A stretch of 64,000 bases of DNA, taken from NCBI GenBank assembly GCA_964016885.1, contig OZ024745.1, forward strand, positions 51,708,001-51,772,000, read 5' to 3'. Positions 52,670 through 64,000 of the stretch are shown here, piece after piece; within the stretch, counting starts at the first letter, position 1, and every line of letters begins with the position of its first letter. This DNA is from Eledone cirrhosa (taxonomy: Eukaryota). The translations under genes and the position numbers were made by a program. Below the pieces are notes generated by a model. That model did no database searches. It saw only the letters and a list, made by a program, of their open reading frames with translations, and was not told the DNA's origin.

Positions 52670-54810
52670 GAGTTACATACGCACCAGATGAAATTAAAAT
52701 AATACTAGCTGATAGGAGAACAATCATTAAATTCGAGAATAGTTGCTAGGAGCGAAGAAATAGCCAGAATAACTTCGATATAACTATGGGATCAAATGAT
52801 TCAGCCCAAGTTACAGACATTGTCGGAATTTATATAGCATATTTCTTACATAGGAAATTTGATAACCTACAATGTGGAATCTATTAGGACGATACATTAC
52901 TTTTAGCTAAAAATCTAAATAATGAAAACTTAGAAAGATTAAGGAAAAAGATTAGAAAATTCTTTAATAATTTAGGTCTTAACATCACTTTTGAATCCAA
53001 CTCTAAAAAATTTAACTTCTTAGATGTATCGCTTAACCTTAACTCAGGAGTAATAGAACCTTCCATAAAAATAATGAAAATTTAGCTTACATTGATCATA
53101 ACTCTAATCACCCTCTATCCATAATTAACTCCATAGCACGTAGTATATCTTTAGAATCTCGCGCCTATCTTCTTACCTAGAGATGTTTAACGAACACGCT
53201 AACTACTACAACATAGCTTTACTTAAGGCAGGCCATAAAGAGAGACTCAAATACATACCAGATACAAAAAATAACAACACACTTAATATTAATAACACTA
53301 TCCACACCTATAGAAACAACACATCTAGGACTAAACATAGAAATTGGCAACAAGCACGCAAATTAAATGAACAGAATACTAATATAAAGACCACTAATAA
53401 CTATAGAAGATACAGAAATAGAAACTACTTATGGTTCAATTCAATGTTTAACTACTCTATAAAAACAAAATTACCTTCCACTTTCTTCAAATTGGTTGAG
53501 AAACATTTCCCTAAAATTCATAAATTTCATAAAATCTTTAATAGAAAAACTATCAAACTATCATACTCCACTGCCAACAACATGGAATCGGACAAACCAT
53601 TTTACTCTCTTACCTGTTTCAGCCATCCGGCTGAGGCCATGCTGGGGCACCGCCCTTGTTGCTACACATTTTACCTCCAGCTTGTATAGGTTGGCCACTG
53701 GTGTAAAAGGGAGTTTGTTGCTGCTGCCCTTAGGTTTCCCTCGTGCCTTGCTGTGGGCTCATCCGGGATCCTGGATAGCAAGGTGTCGAGATATTTCTTG
53801 AAGACATCCACCTCCACGTCATGCAAATCTCTCAGGTCCCTCGGCAGCTTGTTGAAAAGTTGAGGGCCCTTGACTCCCAGGCTATTGCAATACCTGCTTC
53901 TTATTCTAGATGTGGATGGGACCTTTGGCACCACACAGTGACGTCCTGTTCGACGGTTGGTCCAGCTCTCAATGCAAAAGTTTGGTGCTAGACGCTCCAG
54001 GATTTTCCACATGTAGATCACTGCGTATCTCTCCCGTCTTCGTTCCAAGGAGTAGAGGTTCAGTTCCTTCAGCCTCTCCCAGTAGCTTGTGTCCTTCATC
54101 GTGGCAATCCTCTTGCTGTAGCTTCGCTGGATTGCCTCAAACTCCGTGGTTAGTTTGACACTATGGGGTGACCACAACTGGGAGCAGTAGTCCAGGCGGC
54201 TTAGGACAAATATCCTCCATAGTGTCAAAATGGTGTCTCGGTCTCTTGTCCGGAAAGTCCTCAAGCCCAGCCAGCGAGTCGTCTGCACATTGTCGCCACT
54301 TTCATGATGTGTGAGGAAAAAGATGCATCATCGCTCATGTCTATGCCCAGGTCTCGTATCGATTTTGACACGGGGAAATCGGCCCCTCCTGGTCCTGTGT
54401 AGTTGTGTTATACTATATTTGTGTTTGCAGGTTTGTTTGGAGGTTTTTAATGTAGGGCTTGGAATTTGCCAGCATTAAACTGCATGTTGTTTTCTTCCGC
54501 CCAATTGTATATGCCAACCAGATCTTGTTGTAAAAGGGCAGCGTAAGCATAAATACATAAAATTAACTATAAAAGAATTTATAATACAAAGTCCCGCAAA
54601 TAAGTACCATAACACGAAATACAAAACATATGCATATAACATCATCACAACCAAACACACGTCAGAACTCATCACTACAATACATCAACAAACCCAATTC
54701 TCAGCCCATACATCGCAACCTACAAAACCATATCGAAGAACCGGCGCATAGAAAAGCATCTAAATGTAACTGCCATCTACCTCACAAATGTCCTTTACAA
54801 AATAGGTGTT
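52666..54810 (+). mobile_element. Third Naiad-like PLE fragment, split by a LINE insertion
   Basis: FDITMGSNDSA, FLDV, WFNS.FN..IKT.LP, LSYSTANNME to ~53587; resumes at ~54545 and reaches CNCHLPHKCPLQNRC. Confidence 0.8.
53590..54476 (-). mobile_element. CR1/L2-group LINE 3' fragment
   Basis: SRLDYCSQLWSP..EAIQR..SYWERLKELNLYSLERRRER; 3' UTR with GGCGGTGCCCCAGCATGGCC..GGCTGAAAC. Confidence 0.8.
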
Positions 54811-54863
<53 letters not shown>

Positions 54864-54867
<4 letters not shown>

Positions 54868-55167
54868 TTAATATAGATGAGATTCTACAGGACTAGAACT
54901 GTTTCATTCTTTAGAAATCATCAGCAATCTGGGTATAAAAAAATAAATATGGTATTTATAGGTCTCTTCAGGTGGCAGGAGAGGGTGGGGAGTGGGATGG
55001 GTGTAGGTCATTGGTTGATAGAAAAGTGAATTCATTAAAAGCTAATTCTTCAAAGCTATAGTTTATATTTAGAGTAACAAAGGCAGAAATAATTCTATAA
55101 ACAAGTTCAGAATGGGGTGCCACTCCTTATGTATGTATGTGTATATGTATGCCACTCCTTACGTATG

Positions 55168-55206
<39 letters not shown>

Positions 55207-55369
55207 GTGTGTATATGTATGTATGTGTATGTATATGTATATACATTTGTATATATGTTTATATGGTTTTATGTGGGTATATATATATATGTTTATGTGT
55301 ATGTATATGTATATGTGTGTATATGTGTATATGTATATATATATATGTATTTGTATATATGTATTTGTA

Positions 55370-55440
<71 letters not shown>

Positions 55441-55479
55441 TTATATATGTGTGTATGTGCGTGTGTATATGTATATATG

Positions 55480-55539
<60 letters not shown>

Positions 55540-56089
55540 GGTATATGTGGGTGAGCGCGAGTGTGTGAGGGAGTGTGTTTGTGAATGTGTCTGTTGACTT
55601 TTGGAATATAGTTTAAGAAAAATTTGAAGATAATGGTATGATATGCACTCAATATTTTGAACTGGCTATAGAATTCTCTAGGCCTTTGTCACTAAGTAGA
55701 ACCTTAAAGAATTAGCTTTTAAAGAATTTTCCTTTTCTTTAAATCCTGAACCATGACTGACCCTCCAATGATCTTATAGACACCTGAAAGCTGGGCATTG
55801 TTAGCTTAAGAGAAACTTAAAAATAAGGAGTGGCACCCCATTCTGAACTTGTTTATAGAATTCTTTCTGCCTTTGTTACTCTAAATATAAACTATAGCTT
55901 TGAAGAATTAGCTTTTAATGAATTCCCTTTTCTATCAACCAATGACCTACACCCATCCCACTCCCCACCCTCTCCTACCACCTGAAGAGACCTATAAATA
56001 CCATATTTATTTTTTGATACCCAGATTCCTGATGATTTCTAAAGAATGAAACAGTTCTAGTTATGTAGAATCTCATCTATATTAAAACT
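54864..56089. repeat. Head-to-head inverted repeat (267-bp arms) with a hammerhead near each outer end
   Basis: 54864-55130 is the reverse complement of 55823-56089; HHR at 54880-54930 (-) and 56023-56073 (+). Confidence 0.88.
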
Positions 56090-56186
56090 TTTATACTCTG
56101 CAATATATTAAGTATCTTACTTACTGTGGTTACCTCCGATTCAACCCGGAATAACGTATATATATATATATATACACCCACACATC

Positions 56187-56429
<243 letters not shown>

Positions 56430-58229
56430 GTGTGCCTGTATATGCGTTGTGCGTGCACATTTATATGTACATATATATTCATATGTAATTATTCTTTAAA
56501 ATCTCTATTGCTCTGAAAATATTAATGTTCCTTTTTTTTAATGACATACAAGTGTCTTATTGCCACTATCTGTTAAGGCTTATTAATTTATTTATTTCAA
56601 CAGTGATAGATATGATATAATGCTGGAGTAATAGTAGCAAGAAACACTTCATTGGTTTCTTACTTTTGTTTGTATTTGAAGCAATTTACAGACGAATTAT
56701 AACATTTTTCACACTGATACTTCATCCAACACATTTAAATTACTTAATTGAATAAATCTTTTAATTCAATTAGTCTCGATATTCATTGTATACCAATATC
56801 ACACACATCGAATCCCATTTCAAGTTGAATAGAAACAACAATTACACCAGGCCAAAGGAATGTATCAAATTAGAGTGGGTTGTTGCAGTCGGCTTTATAA
56901 AAAAAATACAGTGAATAGAAAATCAGACCAATATCTTGATTTCATTTACTTTCTCGCACTAACTTTGGCTACACAAAAGAATATACACACATTTTATGCT
57001 TAAAATGAAGACTGTTTCTGTTGCAAAACCGTACATCATACCACCATTAATGATTTCGCTATAGTTTCGGTTCTGTGTGGCGCGTTTGCATATTGTGATG
57101 TACAGGTTAAACACCAATTCAGGTAATATATGGCTTGCACTAACACTGATCAAATCTTTAACTCGCCTATGGTTAGAAACAGCTAAATATTAATTAAGTG
57201 CACTTTTCGGTAAAACGTAGCCTCTGTACTGTAGTTATAATACCATAATAGCCATTTAGACAGTTGACCAACAATAGATTTTATCAAGGTTTGGGAATTA
57301 TACCACGTGTAGATTGATTGAAATGGTACAATTGCCATCAAGAGTAAATATGGTGTAGCATATCTTATTATATGCAATATATCTGTACTTTAGTGATGTG
57401 AAAGAACTGAAACTTTCATAATTTCAGTAGATTAAACTTTCCAATCCTAGAGAGTGGATACGGTAAAATAGAAGATGTGGCAGAGGATATTTAGGTTATA
57501 CATTTGGAGATAAGATGTATATTAGTGAATTGCTGAGAATGAAATTGAGTGAGCATATTGTAACAGTATTTGAGGGTCTGTGAAATGTAGTTTTGTGTAT
57601 GCTGTACTGTAAGGTGTAAATATATGGATTATTGGGTGTTTTCAGGGTGAGATCAATTTTGTTTTGAAATAGAAACATTTAATGGAAGTTTCACTGCTTC
57701 CGTCGAGGTATTCGTTGGACGATTTCATTGTTTCTCTTTGCTAAAACCCACATTCCATCGATTCGTATACTTTTATTTTCTGAGTATAGCTCTCCTACCT
57801 CATAATTCGCGACTAAAATTACCATTTAAATTTCAGTGTCTGAATGTCCCAAGCCAAACATATAGTTGCTCTGTATCATGGCGTATTTTTGTCCACTACT
57901 CGGCTGGTGTTAGTCGATGTCAATTCATTTTCATATATTATGGAACTATTTTTGGTGATTCATTAGGTATATACTGTATATTATATTATCGGCTTTACGT
58001 TACAAGCCTATTATGAAGTTGTTCCTTTTTTATCCTGCACGATCATTCGGATTCAACGTTGGGTATGCCTTGCAGTTATAATTGCCTTCATGAAAGGCCA
58101 CATTAATAATTAATCTTTAAAGAATGCGTGTTTTATTCTGGAGAATTTTGACTAGTCATTCATGCAATATTTTGTCTAGGACAGTTTCTTACGTTTAGAG
58201 AATAAGAAGGATTACTTCTAGAGCTATTT

Positions 58230-58390
58230 TATAGTAGTGGGGGTTATTGGGTATATATTATATTTAAAGCTGTGATCTAGAAGGTTTGGAAGATATATGT
58301 AATATTTGGTTAGGGGAAGATAGAGTAGATATCCTGCAGCTAATGATGTCAAGGAGTAGATTCTTAATTACGAGAGGTGTGACATGAAAC
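58230..58390 (-). mobile_element. Highly decayed Naiad-like RT thumb relic
   Basis: Manual translation TPLVIKNLLLDIISCRISTLSSPNQI resembles HPLSIIKSIPRNVSLRISRLSSNQQ of the 728-aa ORF. Confidence 0.4.
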
Positions 58391-59142
58391 CTATTTTGTA
58401 CATATCATTATATGGCCTCGTCACTTATTCTGCTACTGTCGATTCTGTTATTGATTTTGTCGATGATGTTAGTGTTGTTACTGTTGGTGCTTGTCTGTTT
58501 GTGGTTGTCATTGTTGTTGCTGTTGTTTTTGTCACTGCTATCGTTGTTGATGTTCATGCTGTGATTCATGTTGTATATGTTGTTGATATTATGTATCAAT
58601 GTATCAATACAAAATATTTACAATCTTCATTGAAGACTAAATATTGTGTAGTTCCATGGCGGAGTTCCAAACTGGATGGTTGACGGAAACACAACTCTGA
58701 TATTAAAGGAAAAAAAGTAAAGGTTAATTAGTTGGAAATTACAGACAAATTGCTTGCTTGAATTTGTTTACGAAGCTGTTGATTGGCATCTTTGCAGAAA
58801 ATATATATGACTACTTGCTTCCGAATGAGATGCTACATGTAGAGCAGAAGGGGAGTATGAAAAATTAGAAGGGAATCAAAGAGCATCTTGCTGTTGACAA
58901 GGTGATCTAAAGACGTCTAAAGAATTTAGGCATGGTTTGCGTACTGAAATATTTGAGAATGTTTGGGATAGAAGACCGTTATTAATGTAATGGAGACTGA
59001 TGTTCCTTTGATGAAGGCAAACATGTATGCAGAAAATAAACGCCAATGTTTTGTCAATATAAGAGGAGTAATATTTCAAATGATTCCTTCACACCATTGT
59101 TATTTGTGTTTGATCCCACTATCAATGGTCTTATGACATTGA

Positions 59143-59210
59143 GGTATTGGCTATCAGATAGAAAACATATATCCTAGTATTAATCATCTACTTTTCATGG
59201 ATGATCTGCC
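59143..59210 (+). mobile_element. Tiny R4/Dong RT relic
   Basis: Encodes GIGYQI..INHLLFMDDL. Confidence 0.55.
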
Positions 59211-60076
59211 TAATAGTAATTTTGAATGAAATATTTCAGTTGTGATATTATGATATATATCATTTGTAATATCATGATACATTTCGGTTGTGATATTATG
59301 ATCTGTATCAGTTGTCATATAAAGATGGTGGTGGTGCAGGTGGTCGTTTTGGAGGAGGATGGAAGGAGGATGAAGATGAGGAGGTGGAGAGTGAGGGGGA
59401 ATTGAAAACTGTTGAGGGTGGAAGAGGATGGTGACGATGGCCAGAATGATGGTGTCAAATATCATGAAAATGTATACCATAATAATCATTTTAAATCCAA
59501 AGAAAGATTTTCATGCACCTGAAGAAGAGTGTAGTTAATTGAAAATATACGAATTTACGTGACACTTGTTTGTATGTTCCATTTATTGCACGAATTATGT
59601 GGAGCTTTAACAAGGAAAACAGACTGATTACAATATATCTTCTTAATGAAAACTACTAAGTAGATTAGTCAGTCAAGCTCAAAAGAGGATACATAAAATA
59701 TTTACGTAGATTTAGTGATGATAAACGATAATGATATGAGTGTTGATTGACGGCTATGAAATAACCAACGTAAAGGAATTTAGTGGAAACTGTAATCAGT
59801 TACGCCATTACCTTAACAAACTCATAATAAACCTAAAATACAAATAAATAAATGAACTGTCATAGAAATGAATATATAATGTCTCCATAGTAAAAATAAG
59901 TACATTCTTCACTAAATATAATAGTTAAACGGGGGCAACAGGTGATATTCTGTTTCATCAACAAGTTGTAACAAATCAATGTTTATGAAATATACATACA
60001 CATACACGCATACACGCATGATTAAAATATGCGAACAAGGGTGCGTTTATATATCTAATCTCTACCTCTCTCCCTC

Positions 60077-60227
<151 letters not shown>

Positions 60228-60424
60228 ATTTGTGTTGGATGCTTAAAGCGTCCTTATGCGGTAGGCCGTATCAGCACTCGATGCCCTCGTAGAGCAGAGT
60301 AGGATATCACAGAAAAAAATGAATCAGTGTTGCGACGAAAGGAATTGATTGGACATATTACAATTGTTTCTCGGGCGATCAGCGCGAGGCACGATCGATG
60401 TGGTGATCAAACCTGACTCGTAAA

Positions 60425-60592
60425 TGAGCTCAAGCCTTTAGACGGCTAATTCTGGACTAATTAGCCGTCGAAACGGCTTGAGCTCAGCCGTCGGGGTCCT
60501 ACTCGTTCCTATTACCCACTCTACTACCCTAAGTATTGAGTACTTTGGTGCGTTATGGTCCACCTGGTTCCTTACCACATTTGCTTCGTTGT
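60425..60592. repeat. Short hairpin-headed repeat family (also 5395-5543 and 38462-38510)
   Basis: Shared tagccgtcGAAAcggcttgagctc(t/a)gccgTCggggtc and actctactaccctaagtattgagtact tail ending in (TA)n. Confidence 0.7.
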
Positions 60593-61825
60593 ATATATAT
60601 ATGGAGGAAGTTATAGAACACTGGTTTAACCGCTTTACTTCCCTCCGAAGAAGAGATATTATCTCGAAAATTGAGGACATTTAAATAAATCTAAGGTAAA
60701 AGACTAATTGTCAACAATATCTTTTGCATTTGAATTCTTTATTCTATGTCCATACCTGCATTGTTTTGGCTTTATTATACATATACAAACGTTTATATAT
60801 ATATATACATATACATATATATACATTGTTATATAAAGATGATGGTGGTGGCGGTGGTGGTGGTGGTACGTATATATAATATATACGTACATACATTCAT
60901 ATATTTCTCCGTATGGGTATGAGTGATTGACTATTCATTTACGTTGTGCATACAAGAACCTATTTTTTTGCTTATGTTATTTATTAAATTAACACCATGC
61001 GTTTGCCTTCTTTAAACCCATATCAAAATCTATGGCAATATATCAGATTTCTTGTTTCATTGTCTATTTTTCAAGTAGCTTTACGTTAGTATGTGATATA
61101 GCACGAAAATGTTAACGTTTAAACAATATGAAATAATGCATCTTGAAGCTGTTAATATGTATGTTACTTCATACAATAAGATATAAATTCCCATATGTAT
61201 ACAAATAACTTTTCCGAGGTCTATTTGTATCTGATACAAACATATCATCACAAATATCGGAGTGTATGGTTATTCATACATATTCCGTCACGCTTATACA
61301 TCCAGAAGTATAAATGAACTTGGACATGCGTGAATAGAAGGGCTAATGCGGGCTAGTGAAAATTATACCTAGAGAGAGAGATAGGTATAAACCCGAACGA
61401 AGCGCCGGGAGGATATGTATTACCAAAGACCGCTTGCTACGGATGTAAGCTTTATAAATATCTATATACTCACTCTTCATATTCCCATTCCCCGAGCATT
61501 CCCATGATTGGAGAACTCTTCAGTCTCAGTACCGCAGTCTACACACACATAGACACACACACGCGCGCCGATACACACACACACATATATGCGTACATAT
61601 ATATATATATATATATGTGACCATCAAATTTCCTCTGTCCCTATCGTGAAAGAATTACGAAGCAAGCCATCGGCATGCGCTTATATATTACGGCAGGTTT
61701 CCTTGTTTAAGCTATGAATTATATACCATATACTGTGAAATATGACTTGATATACTCCTCTATGCGATGGTATTACATTTTACATACTCATAAACAACAC
61801 TAGCTAATACCTATCAAACATATCG

Positions 61826-61956
<131 letters not shown>

Positions 61957-61980
61957 GTGTTTGTGTGTCTGTGTCTGTGC

Positions 61981-62026
<46 letters not shown>

Positions 62027-63718
62027 ATGTGTGTGTGTTTGTATTAGTGTTCTTTCATGGCATGGAATTCTGACATATAATAAAGGAAACACAATATTTA
62101 TATTTATTTATGTTTCCTTTAGGATACATGAATAAACAATCTCCATGTTAAATCCCTGGTCATTTTATATAGGCTTGTGCTAACACAAACCCATATTTCG
62201 CAAACAAATGAGAATATGAATATATTTGTACAGCAAGGTAGTTTAACATGATATCAATCTTTCCCCCTCTTCTGCTCTTATACATCAACATTCGTTTTGC
62301 TTTTATTTTCCCGTTTTCTATTGTTTCATGTATTTAATTTTGATACTTTTTGCTCTACCTTGTTCATTATTTCTCACATTTCTTCCGTTTTTCAAACTCA
62401 CTGCTTTCAAAATCAGCCAGTCTACAAAGATAGTGTGCTGTGACCCCTGTCGCGCATTGTTGCCAATCTCCTTCATCATTTACCGAAATCTTGTCATCTC
62501 ATTCTTCATTTTACCAACGTTGACAGTTCCATCTAACACATATTTCTCCGAGTGATATGTGTTATGACTTTGGCGTTAACTAGGACTTCGAAACACACAC
62601 AAATATTCATGCTAACACTTTGGAATGGTGTATTGCCGCCATTTAGTCTTCTGATATATGTTTCTTGCTGTCAGTAGATTTCTTCTCATTCTTTTTCACC
62701 CCCGCTCTTTCTTTTTCTTCGCCATTCTCTCTATATTTATTTCTAATTCAACAGCTCTCTTTCTCTAATATTCTCACTTTCTTTCTGCAATATTTCCCGG
62801 GGTATATTTGTTTGTTTACGTTTTTTTCCCCCTATATCATTACTTTTATATTAGAAGTGCTGCTATGTCTATTTTTTCAGTTACTGTCGCTTATGTCCTT
62901 GATGATGCCTTTTTTTTGTTGCCTTCACTATGGTTCTTCTTGTTCTAGTCATTGCAAATGCAGTTATTGCGGTTGATGTTTCTGTTTCTATATTTACTGC
63001 TGTCTTTGTTGTTATTTTCTTTTTGTCGTTTACCTACCTTAGTTTTTAACAGAAGAAACAGCGTGATATGAACTTTTTTTTACATTTTTCTCTCACTCTA
63101 TATTTCTAACGTTGTTGGTTATTTTATTTTATTCATCATATGTTTATTTTTTTATTTTGCATTTTCTGCTTCATTTTCTTTCGACGTCTTTTGATTAATG
63201 TTGCTATATTTTCCTTAATTTTATTTTCTTGTTTATCTTTATTTTTCTCCTCCTCAGTAAATATCGTTATTTATTTAATAGTACTTCACTAAATTGCTTT
63301 TGAAATGGTCTTATTTCCCTGAAGTAAACAAGATTAGAATGCAAACATTCGGAAATAGAAATATCGTATTAGGTGCCAAACGCAGTTAAAAAAGAATATT
63401 ATTTTGGTCTACGCAATTCTATACAGCATCGTAATTTAGATTGGTTAAAAGGAAAACAAATGATTGAATAAATACATTTTTAAAAATGCAAACAACACTA
63501 AGTAAAAATCATATATACACTGTTTTTGTGAGCTGTGCAGATGTGTACATTTCAAACTACATATCTATACAAGTTACATATATTTGAGATACATACGATA
63601 CAAATGTATTTATAATATATATGCATCGTAGATGCACAACTTACTCTAGATCTAATAAAACAAGCGACATACACTGTTTATATATATATATATTTTATTA
63701 GCGCCAAATAATGAGTCA

Positions 63719-63763
63719 TGTTACTCTAGAGTCTCCCTTCCTTCTTACGGGGTCATCAGACAA
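63719..63763 (-). ncRNA. Degenerate hammerhead motif
   Basis: tgt-CTGATGA-cccc..gg-GAGA-ctctagag-TA-aca; GAAA mutated to GAGA. Confidence 0.4.
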
Positions 63764-63767
63764 GATG

Positions 63768-63823
<56 letters not shown>

Positions 63824-64000
63824 TATATATGGGGAGAATTTTATTATAAGGGATATTATTGGACTACAATGAAAATGCTATCTGGCGAAACTGGTAGTCA
63901 TAAGGATTTTGATTATATATTAATGGTCATGTACTCCTTCAATGGAAAATTATATGAAAAGAATATACCCGGGAAATGAGACAATGCAAAGGAAAAAAAA

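Overview
AT-rich, microsatellite-saturated eukaryotic DNA with no recognisable host exon. The repeat repertoire and (TA)n/(CA)n density suggest an invertebrate, possibly a cephalopod (inference). Recognisable content is almost all mobile DNA: a decayed near-full-length L1/Tx1-type LINE, a cluster of R4/Dong-type LINEs in (TAA)n, several Penelope-like elements (PLEs; one young Naiad-like copy with a 728-aa RT+GIY-YIG ORF and a 1.8-kb inverted arm), five tRNA-SINE copies, a Chapaev3-like transposon with intact TIRs/TSD and a non-autonomous Helitron. The most striking signal is not in the ORF track: short head-to-head palindromic elements from several unrelated families sit in (TA)n tracts and carry type I hammerhead ribozyme (HHR) motifs on their arms, including U3-A8 core variants. 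They mirror in miniature the inverted architecture of the large PLE. All structure calls were made by eye; no folding or database searches were run, and most short ORFs in the track are microsatellite artefacts.
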